Notes under the pieces: model-generated | The model's input: only the letters and a program-made list of their open reading frames with translations | Database searches by the model: none | What the model was told of the DNA's origin: nothing | Assembly (NCBI GenBank): GCA_963827235.1 | Contig: CAWHAE010000009.1 | Span: 288,001-352,000 of the forward strand | DNA length: 64,000 bases | Origin: an uncultured bacterium | GTDB lineage: Bacteria > Chloroflexota > UBA5177 > JANWHV01 | Reading direction: 5' to 3' | In this document: positions 19,176-29,779 of the stretch, piece after piece | Layout: each line of letters starts with the position of its first letter | How positions within the stretch are numbered: the first letter of the stretch is position 1 | Position numbers and translations under genes: made by a program

Positions 19176-19463
19176 ATCTATAGTACCGGCGGTGGTGGAA
19201 GCGTCAGGATCCGGCACGGGGTACCGGGGTACCCTCAGCTCGCGCACCTGTGGAATCATGTATGCTTATGCTCGATTGATGCTCGTGCCTCGATCACCAT
19301 GCGCGGGCCCGACCTGTTCGCTGATATGCCATACGACCCGGACGCTCTCTGCAAACACGGCAGCGTGCGAGTGGACAAGCGCCGGATGCATGACGGGGAA
19401 CTGCGGCGGTGCGCCTCAGACTTGCCAGCTACCGTTCTCGCACATTGATCGGAGGGACTGGCG

Positions 19464-20489
19464 ATGCGCATAGGCATATTAGGGCCGATCTCATGGCGCG
19501 TCCCACCGCGCCATTATGGTGGCTGGGAGTTAGTGACCCACCATTTGGCAGAGGGGCTGGTGCGCCGCGGCCACAAAGTGACGCTGTTCGCCAGTGGTGA
19601 TTCTCAGACTTCTGCAGAGTTGGCAAGCGTCGTGCCGCACCCGCTCTCCGAGGATGCCGGCCTGCAGCGTCTTGCTCGGACTTGGGAGACCCTGCACCTT
19701 GCGGCTGCGCTCGAGCGCGCCGGCGAATTCGATCTGTTGCACAATCACCTCGGCTCGTACCCGGTGGCTTTCTCCAGGCTGTGCCCGGTACCACTGCTGA
19801 CGACGCTGCACGGCTCAGGTGCCGAGGAAGCCAGCCGATTGATCTACGGGCGCTTCCGTGAGGGACCCTATGTCTCCAGCACGGACGCCGAGCGGCGGCT
19901 GGCCCCGGACCTCACATATGCGGCCACCGTCTACAGCGGCGTCGACCCGGCGCAGTTTCCGTTTGCTCCACAGGGCGGTGATTACTTGCTTGTCCTTGGG
20001 CGGATGTCGCCCGACAAGGGCATCCACACGGCGATCGACGTAGCGGAGCAGTGCAACCTGCCGCTGATCCTGGCAGGCATCGTGCCTTCCGAACACGAGC
20101 GCTACTTCAGCGAGCGGATCCAGCCGCGACTGAGCGATCATATTCGCTTCGTCGGCCCGGTAGATCTGGAGACCAAAGCACGACTCTACGGCGGGGCACG
20201 GGCCCTCCTCCACCTGATCGCGTGCGAAGAAGCGTTTGGCTTGACAATGGTCGAAGCCATGGCCTGTGGCTGCCCGGTCATCGGCGCGCGCCGGGGCTCG
20301 GTGCCGGAGCTGATCGCCGATGGCGTGACCGGGTTCATCGTCGAGGGGGTCGATCAGGCAGTGGCCGGCGTGCGGGGGCTGGGGCACATCGACCGCGCGA
20401 CCTGCCGAGCCCACGTGGAGGCGCACTTTACAGCAGATCGCATGGTCGACGGCTACGAGGCGGTGTACCGTCGCCTCATGCGCGGCTGA
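19464..20489 (+). CDS. Glycosyltransferase family 4
   Basis: PPRHYGG, GRMSPDKG, EAFGLTMVEAMACG, ELIADGVTGF. Confidence 0.93.
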   Translation: MRIGILGPISWRVPPRHYGGWELVTHHLAEGLVRRGHKVTLFASGDSQTSAELASVVPHPLSEDAGLQRLARTWETLHLAAALERAGEFDLLHNHLGSYPVAFSRLCPVPLLTTLHGSGAEEASRLIYGRFREGPYVSSTDAERRLAPDLTYAATVYSGVDPAQFPFAPQGGDYLLVLGRMSPDKGIHTAIDVAEQCNLPLILAGIVPSEHERYFSERIQPRLSDHIRFVGPVDLETKARLYGGARALLHLIACEEAFGLTMVEAMACGCPVIGARRGSVPELIADGVTGFIVEGVDQAVAGVRGLGHIDRATCRAHVEAHFTADRMVDGYEAVYRRLMRG

Positions 20490-20741
20490 TATGCATCCAC
20501 CCACACTCCGATCGAAAGTAGTCAGACTTCGATACGTAAGCACTGCTGGTGATGTGAGCATCCTTGACCACGCCTGCAGCGAACCTGCCGGCTCCGACGA
20601 GGAGCGCGGTGTGGCCTGGCATCCCGTGGCTCCTCCTCCGGATCTCGGACGAGCCTGATGGGATGCTCAACCTCGCCGCCGCAGACAGTAGGATAGCGAA
20701 GGCCCGGATTCCACGAGGCTATACGTGTCTACGCGTTGCGC

Positions 20742-20948
20742 CTAGTTTCTTCGCTTCGAGCGGGAGCCTAGCATGCTGGTGCCCATGCTTGCGGTTCGCG
20801 TAACGCGCAGGGACTTTGCCGACTCCACAGGATCCGGCTTGGCCGGTAGCATGACCCTGGCATCAACCGCGGTCTTGAGAAGGTCGATGAGGTCATCGTC
20901 GTGATTTAAAGACACAAAGTCGACGACGAACGTCCTGGTTTCGTCCAT
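20742..20948 (-). CDS. Small hypothetical protein
   Basis: 68-aa ORF with protein-like composition and purine-rich upstream sequence; no motif recognised. Confidence 0.25.
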   Translation of the reverse strand: MDETRTFVVDFVSLNHDDDLIDLLKTAVDARVMLPAKPDPVESAKSLRVTRTASMGTSMLGSRSKRRN

Positions 20949-21350
20949 GGTTCAACCCTGGCCTTTCTCGCGCGCCGCGGATATTTGGTTCTACTATCGA
21001 CTATCCTACTACCTTGGCGGCTGAGCTGCATCTGGTTACCGACCTGAAACCACTGCTTGTCACTTCTTATCAGCCCGATAGTCTTCAAATCCTGCGAAAC
21101 GATGTGGAGGGCTTTTCGCACCGGGAAATGACCCGCGGACCATCTCCGAGATTGGCCGAATAGCGTGCGCTCATGGGTGGCAAGGGACTAGACTTGGGGT
21201 AAAGCGGTCTAGAGCGGCTTGCCCCGAAAACGCTCGGTTCTTACGATGCATAGTTCTCACTGATAGGTACCGCTGTTCAACCTACGCTACTATATTTGGC
21301 AAGACCTCCTCCCCGGCACATGCACGACCAGATACGGCCGGAGGACCGAG

Positions 21351-22517
21351 ATGCATACGTATTACAGCGGGAAGGCAGGGGCACTAGGGTCAATGCCAGA
21401 CCTCGACACAAACCTAACGAAGGCCGCGGTCCTGGACCAGCAGTTCATGCTCCGGCGACTCAGCATTGTGATGCGCCCACGAATAGACGACGCATACGAG
21501 GCATGTGGCGTGCTCAATCCTGGCGGCGTACGTGCCCCAAACGGCGATTACCTGCTCTTTCCCAGGTTGGTCGGTCAAGGCAACTTCTCGCGAATCGGCA
21601 TCGGGAAAGTCGTTTACGACTCGGTAGGGCGGCCCATAGACGTTGAGCGGCGAGGCATTGCGCTCGAGCCTAGCATGCCGTACGAGCTTAATCCGCTGTC
21701 GGGAGGTGGCTGCGAGGATGCCCGTGTTACATACGTGGCCGTTCTCGGGGCGTATGTGATGGCTTACGTGGCCTTCGGGCTTAATGGACCCCGCGCCGCG
21801 CTGGCGCTATCCAGTGATCTCTACGAGTGGCGGCGCGTCGGACCCATCAACCTCGCTCCTCATCGCGGCGCGGACATGAATGTGTACAGCAACAAAGATG
21901 CGATGCTCTTCCCAGAGCCCGTTGTCGGCCCAGACGGCCGCCCCTCGCTGCTGCTCATGCACCGGCCAATGTATGAGATCTTCGTGGAAGGGACGATGAG
22001 CGATCGCGAGCACACACCTTTGCCGCCAGGTGTGAAGAGCGACTTCTGGACCGTGTGGTTGTCGTATTGCGCGCTCGACGATGCCGATTGGGCTTCGCCA
22101 AGCGCGGGCTCAACCACGAAGCCTCCTACATTTGGCAATCACGTTGAGTTGCTGCCTCCAGCGCACGCATGGGATTCGATCCGGATTGGAGGCGGCACGC
22201 CGCCTGTTCGCCTGCCGCAGGGATGGTTCACACTCTACCACGGCATTGGAGAGGTGTCGCGCCCGGGGCCACGGCAGGTCCTGCGCTATGTCGCCGGCGC
22301 GTTGGTGCTTGACACCGCCGATCCGCGGCGGGTCATCTACAGGTCGACCAAGCCTGTGCTCGAGCCGCTCCTTCAGGAAGAGTGTTCCGGCGTCGTCTCG
22401 GACGTCGTCTTCCCGACGGCGATCGACGAGCACGATACGTATCTGGATGTGTACTATGGTATGGCTGATGCCTGTATCGGCGCCGCCCGCATGAATATGC
22501 CGCGGACCGGAGTCTAG
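21351..22517 (+). CDS. Glycoside hydrolase family 130 (mannoside phosphorylase-like)
   Basis: GVLNPG, GCEDARV, NKDAMLFPE, RIGGGTPP, YHG, VVFPT, YYGMAD. Confidence 0.9.
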   Translation: MHTYYSGKAGALGSMPDLDTNLTKAAVLDQQFMLRRLSIVMRPRIDDAYEACGVLNPGGVRAPNGDYLLFPRLVGQGNFSRIGIGKVVYDSVGRPIDVERRGIALEPSMPYELNPLSGGGCEDARVTYVAVLGAYVMAYVAFGLNGPRAALALSSDLYEWRRVGPINLAPHRGADMNVYSNKDAMLFPEPVVGPDGRPSLLLMHRPMYEIFVEGTMSDREHTPLPPGVKSDFWTVWLSYCALDDADWASPSAGSTTKPPTFGNHVELLPPAHAWDSIRIGGGTPPVRLPQGWFTLYHGIGEVSRPGPRQVLRYVAGALVLDTADPRRVIYRSTKPVLEPLLQEECSGVVSDVVFPTAIDEHDTYLDVYYGMADACIGAARMNMPRTGV

Positions 22518-22560
22518 AGCACGCTGCTCGCCAATTTCACGTATTGGTAGGGGGTAGTGC

Positions 22561-25500
22561 ATGCAGGTAGACACCTCATTGGATGCCGGTTTTGGCGCAC
22601 ATGTCGACTGGCCTGAGGCTTCCGGTCCGGTCGATCCTGCCAGACTTGCGGCTGCCCAGAATCAGTTCTCGCGGCTGCCGATAGATGCCATTCCCGGCCC
22701 GTCGCCGCTTCCGCCCGGATCGCGTGTGCCGATTATGCCGAATCCGTTGTTCACTGGGCGCACCGCGGACCTTCGCGTTATGGCCGCGCTGTGCAAGTCG
22801 GCTGCTCCGATCGTGGTAGCACTCGACGGTCCAAGCGGCATCGGCAAGACATGCCTTGCAATCGAGTTCGCGTATCGTTACGCTGGATATTTCGCGGGCG
22901 GCGTCTTCTGGCTGAGCTTCGCCGATCCCACAAACGTTGCGATTCAGGTAGGCGCTTGTGGCGGGCCCGACGCCCTCAACCTATGGACCCAAAGAGACGT
23001 TCCGCCACTGCACGAGCAGGTGCGCCGTGTTCGCGCCTATTGGCGTAGTCCGTTGCCGTGCTTGCTTATCTTCGACGGCTGCTCCGCTGAGACGTCGATA
23101 GAGGAGTGGCGGCCGCCGGACGGTGGTAGTAGGGTTCTTGTAACCGGACGCTTCGGACAAGGCCTTTCCAGATCGATTACCTCGCGACTGCAGCTTTCTG
23201 GTCTCTCGCCTGCCGAAGCATTGGAGCTGCTACACGCCTTTCGCCCCGGCCTTCCGACCGACGATGAGGAGCTCGGAGCCATCGCGAGAGAGCTTGGCGG
23301 CGTACCGCTGTCTCTCCATCTGGCAGGTGGCTCGATGAGCAGCTCACGTCGAGCGATTGCGCCCGCCGAGTACCTTGCCGAGCTACGCAGCATGCCGCCG
23401 GCCGCACCCGGCGAGCATAGAGCCGTGGGGTTTGACGAGCGCGACATGCCGCCGCATCTCGCGCGTGCCATTGAGCTCAGCTACGATCGCCTCGACCCAG
23501 ACGATGCTATCGATGCTCTTGCCATCAGACTCCTGGCACGCGCCACATATTGCGCCGCGGATGCGATCATCCCTTGCAGCTTGTTGTACTCGGCAGTCGA
23601 TAAGCCCGAGGCGAGACGCGATGAAGCGAAGCTCGCGCTGGAGAGGTTGATTCGCCTCGGCCTGTCGACGTCGATGGGGGAGGATTCAGTTCAGACATTT
23701 CCGCTCCTCGCGGAGTTCGGGCGCGCGGCCTTGCAAGATCCGTTGGCTCAGACCGATGTCGAAGTTGCCGTGCTGGAAGAGGCGAACCGGATCACTGGCC
23801 TCGCTCATGCCGAACAGGCCGTTCTCGTGGAGCCGCACCTGAGGGCACTGACGGATGCCGCGCTCCGGCGCGGTGACGCGCATGCCGCAGCTCTTTGCAC
23901 GGCCCTTGGCAACTATTTGATGCTCGTCGGCAGCTATGCAAAGGCACAGGACTACTTCTTGCGCGCGCTCTCGGTCGACGAGACCACCTACCGCGAGCAG
24001 CATCTAGATATTGCCGGCGGCCTGCGAACGCTCGGCGGGCTGCAAAGGGCACAAGGCCGTTTTTCGGAAGCCCGCACGCTCTACGAGCGTGCCCTGGATA
24101 TCCGCGAACGCCTGCTGGGACTCGATCATCCGGACACCGCCGAGAGCCTCAACGACCTTGGAGGCCTCCTTCGCGATCAGGGTGAGTACCCAACCGCCCG
24201 CCGGTACTACGAACGCGCCCTGGCTATCCGCGAGCGGGTGTTGGGGCCCGATCACCTGGATACCGCGGCAAGCCTGAACGACCTGGCAGGCGTATTTCGC
24301 GACCAGAACGAGTACCCAACCGCCCGCCGGTACTACGAACGCGCTTTGGCTATCCGCGAGCGGGTGTTGGGGCCCGATCACCTGGATACCGCGGCAAGCC
24401 TGAACGACCTGGCGGGTTTGCTGCGCGAGCAGAGTGAGTACTCAACTGCCCGCCGGTACTACGAACGCGCTTTGGCTATCCGCGAGCGGGTGTTGGGGCC
24501 CGATCACCTGGATACCGCGGCAAGCCTGAACGACCTGGCAGGTTTGCTGCGCGAGCAGAGTGAGTACTCAACTGCCCGCCGGTACTACGAACGCGCTTTG
24601 GCTATCCGCGAGCGGGTGTTGGGGCCCGATCACCTGGATACCGCGGCAAGCCTGAACGACCTGGCAGGTTTGCTGCACGTGCAGAGTGAGTACCCAACTG
24701 CCCGCCGGTACTACGAACGCGCCCTGGCTATCCGCGAGCGTGTGTTGGGGCCAGACCATCCAGACATCGCGGCCGCACTCAACGACCTGGCGGGATTGCT
24801 TCAGGATCAGGGCGACTATGAGGAGGCCCGCTCGCTCTACGAGCGTGCGCTGGCTATCGAAGAACGATCCCACGGCCCGCAGCACGTCAGGGTGGCTACA
24901 GCTCTTCATAGCCTTGCCAGTGTGCTGCGGGATCAGGCAGACTACGGGAAAGCTCGGCCGCTCTACGAGCGTGCCGTGGACATCCGTGAGCGCCTGCTGG
25001 GGCCCGATCATCCGGACACCGCCGAAAGCATCAACGATCTAGCCTGCCTCCTGCGGGCGCAGGCCGACTACCAAACAGCGCGGCCACTCTACGAGCGTGC
25101 CCTGGCAATTCGCGAGCGCGTACCGGGACCTGAGCATTCAGTTACGGCGGCGAGCCTGAACGATTTGGCTGTTCTGCTCCATGCACAGGCTGATTTCCCT
25201 GCCGCCCGCGTCAAGTACGAGCGCGCTCTTGCCATACGACTGAAACTGCTTGGCCCAAACCACCCAGATATCGCGGCCAGCCTGCACAATCTGGCCGGAT
25301 TGCACCAGGATTTGGGTGAGTATGCACAGGCCCGCGAATACTTCGAGCGGGCCTCGAAGATGTACGAATGTACGCTTGGGCCTGAACATCCGGACATCGC
25401 GACTACCTACAATAGCCTTGCCGCGCTGTTACGTGCCCAGGGTGATTTAGCCGCCGCCTCCCCTCTGTACAGGCACGCCTTGTCCATCCGCGAGCGCAGC

Positions 25501-27531
25501 CTGGGCCCGAATCACCCTACCACCGCAGCCAGTCTCAACGATCTGGCGGGCCTGCTGCAGGACCAGGGCGACTACGCGGCGGCCCACAGTCACTACGAGC
25601 GCGCCTTGTCCATCCGCGAGCGCGTGCTGGGTCCGAATCACCCTGCCACCGCAGACAGTCTCAACGATCTGGCGGGCCTGCTGCAGGACCAGGGCGACTA
25701 CGCGGCAGCCCGCGCGCACTATGAGCGCGCCTTGTCCATCCGCGAGCGTATGCTAGGTCCGAACCACCCTGCCACCGCAGCCAGTCTCAACGATCTGGCG
25801 GGTCTGCTGCAGGACCAGGGCGACTATGCGGCGGCCCGCGCGCACTATGAACGCGCGCTGTCTATTCGTGAGCGGGTTCTGGGTCCAGAGCACCCCGACA
25901 CCGGTCAAACGCTTGCCAACCTCGCCGTCCTGCTTCACAATCACGACGACGACCTACTGCGCGCGCGTGAATGCCTGGATCGCGCTCTGCGCATTGGCAC
26001 CAGGTATTTTGGCGTGAACTCCTCGGAGGTCATCGTCGAGCGCAACTACCTTGCGCTTCTGCTAGGCGCGATGGGCGAGCTGCCCGCGGCGCGGAAATCC
26101 TTCGAAGATCTCGCGATCGCGATTGAGCACTCGGAGGTCCTGGAGCCACCAAACAGACAGCAGTTCCAAGGATATACGCAGCAGTTTGCACGTGAGATGG
26201 AAGCGGCATGGACGAGCAATTCGGAACGGGGCCGAAGCTCGGCACTCGGACGTGCTGCCGGAGTGCTATCAGACGTCACCAGGTTGCTTGCCAGGGTCAC
26301 CCAGGCAGAGCGCGCGGTCCTGGAGCGAATCTCGAAACGTTGGCGGGAAGTCGTCACCCGTGAGTCTGCACGGGCAGGTAGGCTTGCCATTCTGAAACAG
26401 GTCGCCAGTCCCTACAACTTCACGATTCCGGTGGAGGGTCTGGCGCTCGTCGGACGAACAGATGTGTTTGAACGGATCGAATCCCATTGGAGCGGCCCAG
26501 GCGCACGAGACTCCTTGCTCATCCACGGTCATCGCAGAATGGGCAAGACCAGCGTGGCCCAGGCCATCGTGGAGCGGTGCCACCTTGGTGACGATACTCG
26601 CCGGATCTACCGCTCGATGGAGACGGTACAGCTGCGGCACGAGGGAGACCTGCTCTATGCGCTGGCATCGGCCCTTCAGCTCGAGTTTCCCGAGTCACTG
26701 CCGAAGCCTCGACGGCACGCCTATAGGTTCTCCGACGCGCGCACGGCCTTTGACCGTTTCCTTCGTCGCCTGGAGCAGGTGAGAGGGCAGGCCCGCATCG
26801 TCATGGTTCTGGACGAGTTCGAACTGCTTTTCGAACGTCTGGGAGCCGGGGAGGCGGAGGAGGCACTTCAGAATCTGCGCGGCCAGACTAACACCTATTC
26901 GTGGTTGGCTCTTGCCCTCGTCGGACTGAGCGACCTCCAGGATCTGCAGTACTCCTACAAGAGTGCCATTCTCGGTTGGGTTGGCATTCGCGTGGGTTTC
27001 CTCGACCACGGCCAAGTCGCCGATGTACTGGCAAACCCCGCGCGTGATCCCGACTTTCAGCTCGAGTACACGCAGGAGGCCCTGACTCACATCGCAGTGC
27101 TGACAAATGGCCAGCCATACCTTGTGCAGGTCATCGGCGACCTGCTGGTGCAGCGCTACAATCGCATCCGCTTCACGGAACGACGGGACCACAGCGGCAC
27201 GTTTTCGATTGAAGACGTCAAGGAGGTGGTCGATAATCCCGCCTTCTACGAGACTGCGAGCGCCTATTTCACAGGCGTATATGGTCAGGCAACGCGCGGC
27301 CAGCAAGGTCAGATAAGCGTCCTCACTGCGCTTGCCCCGTACGAGAACGGCTTGAGCGAAGACGCGCTGCGGAGTGCGGTCCAGCTCGACGACGATACGC
27401 TCAACGAAGCGCTCACGGCGCTGGAACGACACGCTGTGCTGTACAGGAGTGACTCCCAGCTCCTCTATAGCGTTCCTCTTATGCGGCGCTGGATGGAGAG
27501 GACTTACCTCGGCATGAACCCTCGGGCCTAG
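22561..27531 (+). CDS. NB-ARC/STAND NTPase - TPR array - second STAND/AAA ATPase fusion
   Basis: FTGR, GPSGIGKT, LLIFD, LGGVPL; about 16-17 42-aa HPDTA.SLNDLA TPRs; C-terminal LVGR, GHRRMGKTS, VLDEFE, GQPYLVQ. Confidence 0.9.
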   Translation: MQVDTSLDAGFGAHVDWPEASGPVDPARLAAAQNQFSRLPIDAIPGPSPLPPGSRVPIMPNPLFTGRTADLRVMAALCKSAAPIVVALDGPSGIGKTCLAIEFAYRYAGYFAGGVFWLSFADPTNVAIQVGACGGPDALNLWTQRDVPPLHEQVRRVRAYWRSPLPCLLIFDGCSAETSIEEWRPPDGGSRVLVTGRFGQGLSRSITSRLQLSGLSPAEALELLHAFRPGLPTDDEELGAIARELGGVPLSLHLAGGSMSSSRRAIAPAEYLAELRSMPPAAPGEHRAVGFDERDMPPHLARAIELSYDRLDPDDAIDALAIRLLARATYCAADAIIPCSLLYSAVDKPEARRDEAKLALERLIRLGLSTSMGEDSVQTFPLLAEFGRAALQDPLAQTDVEVAVLEEANRITGLAHAEQAVLVEPHLRALTDAALRRGDAHAAALCTALGNYLMLVGSYAKAQDYFLRALSVDETTYREQHLDIAGGLRTLGGLQRAQGRFSEARTLYERALDIRERLLGLDHPDTAESLNDLGGLLRDQGEYPTARRYYERALAIRERVLGPDHLDTAASLNDLAGVFRDQNEYPTARRYYERALAIRERVLGPDHLDTAASLNDLAGLLREQSEYSTARRYYERALAIRERVLGPDHLDTAASLNDLAGLLREQSEYSTARRYYERALAIRERVLGPDHLDTAASLNDLAGLLHVQSEYPTARRYYERALAIRERVLGPDHPDIAAALNDLAGLLQDQGDYEEARSLYERALAIEERSHGPQHVRVATALHSLASVLRDQADYGKARPLYERAVDIRERLLGPDHPDTAESINDLACLLRAQADYQTARPLYERALAIRERVPGPEHSVTAASLNDLAVLLHAQADFPAARVKYERALAIRLKLLGPNHPDIAASLHNLAGLHQDLGEYAQAREYFERASKMYECTLGPEHPDIATTYNSLAALLRAQGDLAAASPLYRHALSIRERSLGPNHPTTAASLNDLAGLLQDQGDYAAAHSHYERALSIRERVLGPNHPATADSLNDLAGLLQDQGDYAAARAHYERALSIRERMLGPNHPATAASLNDLAGLLQDQGDYAAARAHYERALSIRERVLGPEHPDTGQTLANLAVLLHNHDDDLLRARECLDRALRIGTRYFGVNSSEVIVERNYLALLLGAMGELPAARKSFEDLAIAIEHSEVLEPPNRQQFQGYTQQFAREMEAAWTSNSERGRSSALGRAAGVLSDVTRLLARVTQAERAVLERISKRWREVVTRESARAGRLAILKQVASPYNFTIPVEGLALVGRTDVFERIESHWSGPGARDSLLIHGHRRMGKTSVAQAIVERCHLGDDTRRIYRSMETVQLRHEGDLLYALASALQLEFPESLPKPRRHAYRFSDARTAFDRFLRRLEQVRGQARIVMVLDEFELLFERLGAGEAEEALQNLRGQTNTYSWLALALVGLSDLQDLQYSYKSAILGWVGIRVGFLDHGQVADVLANPARDPDFQLEYTQEALTHIAVLTNGQPYLVQVIGDLLVQRYNRIRFTERRDHSGTFSIEDVKEVVDNPAFYETASAYFTGVYGQATRGQQGQISVLTALAPYENGLSEDALRSAVQLDDDTLNEALTALERHAVLYRSDSQLLYSVPLMRRWMERTYLGMNPRA
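24127..25900 (+). repeat. 126-bp tandem repeats encoding TPR units
   Basis: Near-identical units at 24253/24379/24505/24631 and a second set at 25513/25639/25765. Confidence 0.95.
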
Positions 27532-27549
27532 CGAATTAGGGGCACTACC

Positions 27550-29469
27550 GTGAGCAAGCTCGCGCCCGCTTTGACCATCTCTGTAGGGTCGCCCGATACG
27601 AACGAGCGTATCCCCTTGACGCTCAGCCTGTCTCCGGAAGGAGGAGAGGGCGAACAGTGCACACTGGAGCTGCCATTCCCATTGGCAAGGATTCCACTGC
27701 TGCTACGAGCCCTGAGCGCGCGTCAGAATCCGTACTACCCGACCAATGACAAAATGTTCAGATCGGCTGACGAGCGTGAACAGGCCGCCAACCATCTGCG
27801 GAATCTCCAGCTTTGGGACGACAATGCCGGGCCATCAGGCGCGGTGGTCAGTGACGTTCATATGCGCGTGGGACAGATTCTCGGTGCCGCCATACTGGCT
27901 GCCGGGACTATGAGATCAAGCCTATCGACACTCTATGACGCGGCCATTGCCGCCGGAGAAGGCGAGGTTGTCCTGCACTTTGAGCCGAACGCTACGTCGT
28001 TGGCAGCCTTACCATGGGAGCTGGCCTATGATGGGCCGCGACCTATCTTATTGGCGCGCGGCACACATCTTGCTTGTACCCGGATACTTGCCTTTGGTCA
28101 CGCGCTGGCGCAGCAACACAATGACGGCCAGGAACGGCACATTCTTACCGTCGCGCCACACGCGTACATGGACGACGCTGCACGCGCCTTCGAGCAAAAC
28201 GCTCGCATGCGATTGAGAGAGGCCGTGCGCGAACGCCCTGTGGTCGTCGAATCCCTCAATCCGGCTACCATGGAGGCGCTCAGCACGCGCTTGGAGAAGC
28301 AGCCTCGCATCGATGTACTGGACTACTTTGGCCATGGGCGACTCACGAATGCCGGAGGCGCCTTGCTGTTTGACAGTCCTCAGGGCGGGCCCCACCCTGC
28401 TCTGGCCAGCCAGTTGGCCGCTCTCCCAGCGCTGCCGCTGCTCGTCGTATTGCACGCCTGCCACTCCGCCCAGGTGGATATCGACGAGCCACTCGCTACC
28501 GTAGCGGTTGCTCTGAGTGAGGCTGGAGTGCGCGCCGTCATAGCTATGCAGGTGACCATCCAGATGAGTGCAGCAACGAACTACGTTGTGCCGACCCTCT
28601 ACCAAGCTCTAGCGGACGGACGAAGCGTCCAGCAGGCAGTCACCGACGTGCGACGTTCTCTCTTTACCGCCGAGCCAGGCGGCACGAGCTGGTATGTTCC
28701 CGCGCTATACCTGCGCCAACCCGATCGACAGCCGTGTGTGCCCCTACCGAAGCGCACCGCCGCAGCACCTAATCCGTTCGCGGGCCTCGGCGCGCTCGAG
28801 GATTCATCACAGTTGGTTGGACGCAAGCCGGAACAACTGCGGCTATGGGAGCGCTTGCAGGCCGGCGGTCATTTGTCGATCGTTGGACCGGCCGGCAGTG
28901 GTAAATCGGCCATGCTGGCGCTCATCGACGCGCGACGAGAGTCACTGCTTACGCGGAAAGGTGCAAAGCTCGTCTGGCTGAGATTCCATCCGCGGATGAA
29001 CCTGGTAGGAGCCCAATTCACTCTCGCCACGGCGCTCGGTGGTAAGAAGGTAACGGACTTGACGCGTTTCCTCTACGACAGACATCTCTTCCTGATCCTG
29101 CTGCTGGACGATCTGCACCTGCTCGATAAGGGCTCGATCGGACTCGATGTACGGATATGGCTACGGGGTATTGCTACGCCGAGTGCCGGCGCGAAGGTGC
29201 AGCTCGTGGCAACGAGCACGGAGCCGCTCTCCCGTGTCTTCGAGCAGGATGATCCAGTCATAGCGTCTCCGCTGGCCGGCACGCTGAGCGACGCGATTAC
29301 ATTGGGCCCGTTGGCGAAAGACGAGGCCCGAGAGTATATCCGCTCGCGGCTCGAGAATACTCCACTTCTGAGCAGCCAATTCGAAAGCCTGCTCACGCAG
29401 CCACTGTATCCGGGACCGTTGCAGACCGCGTGCCGAATCCACTATGACAGCCTCTGCGAGGCTCAGTGA
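27550..29469 (+). CDS. CHAT (caspase-HetF-like) protease fused to a C-terminal STAND/AAA ATPase
   Basis: LAALPWE, YFGHG (catalytic His), VVLHAC (catalytic Cys), VIAMQ, WYVPALY; NPF, LVGR, GPAGSGKS, LLLDD. Confidence 0.88.
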   Translation: MSKLAPALTISVGSPDTNERIPLTLSLSPEGGEGEQCTLELPFPLARIPLLLRALSARQNPYYPTNDKMFRSADEREQAANHLRNLQLWDDNAGPSGAVVSDVHMRVGQILGAAILAAGTMRSSLSTLYDAAIAAGEGEVVLHFEPNATSLAALPWELAYDGPRPILLARGTHLACTRILAFGHALAQQHNDGQERHILTVAPHAYMDDAARAFEQNARMRLREAVRERPVVVESLNPATMEALSTRLEKQPRIDVLDYFGHGRLTNAGGALLFDSPQGGPHPALASQLAALPALPLLVVLHACHSAQVDIDEPLATVAVALSEAGVRAVIAMQVTIQMSAATNYVVPTLYQALADGRSVQQAVTDVRRSLFTAEPGGTSWYVPALYLRQPDRQPCVPLPKRTAAAPNPFAGLGALEDSSQLVGRKPEQLRLWERLQAGGHLSIVGPAGSGKSAMLALIDARRESLLTRKGAKLVWLRFHPRMNLVGAQFTLATALGGKKVTDLTRFLYDRHLFLILLLDDLHLLDKGSIGLDVRIWLRGIATPSAGAKVQLVATSTEPLSRVFEQDDPVIASPLAGTLSDAITLGPLAKDEAREYIRSRLENTPLLSSQFESLLTQPLYPGPLQTACRIHYDSLCEAQ

Positions 29470-29779
29470 GCCACTCAGGGCGTCGGCGGCGTAGGCGAAA
29501 GAACGATCGCCCGACTCGGTACTTGACCATCGGTGCCAAGATGAAGGGCCGCCGTGAGCGGCAACCCGATGACGGCCACACGTCTCAGGATCAGGAGATC
29601 TGGCCGAGACTGCAGGGTACAGGCGCTGACATCACGCTCCGCACTACAGTTCCTCCCCGGTCGGCTCGTTTTCAATCCAGCTCGGCAAGAGTGCGTGCGC
29701 TCTTATGTACCGCGGTCCGAGATCGTGAGACGGCCCTGTACATACTTCATACCGATCGAAGCCCCATGCTGATCTCGAG

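Noticed and set aside
24127-25900. CRISPR-like periodicity
   Set aside because: The period is 126 bp, in frame, with no unique spacers; these are coding TPR repeats, and no cas genes are present
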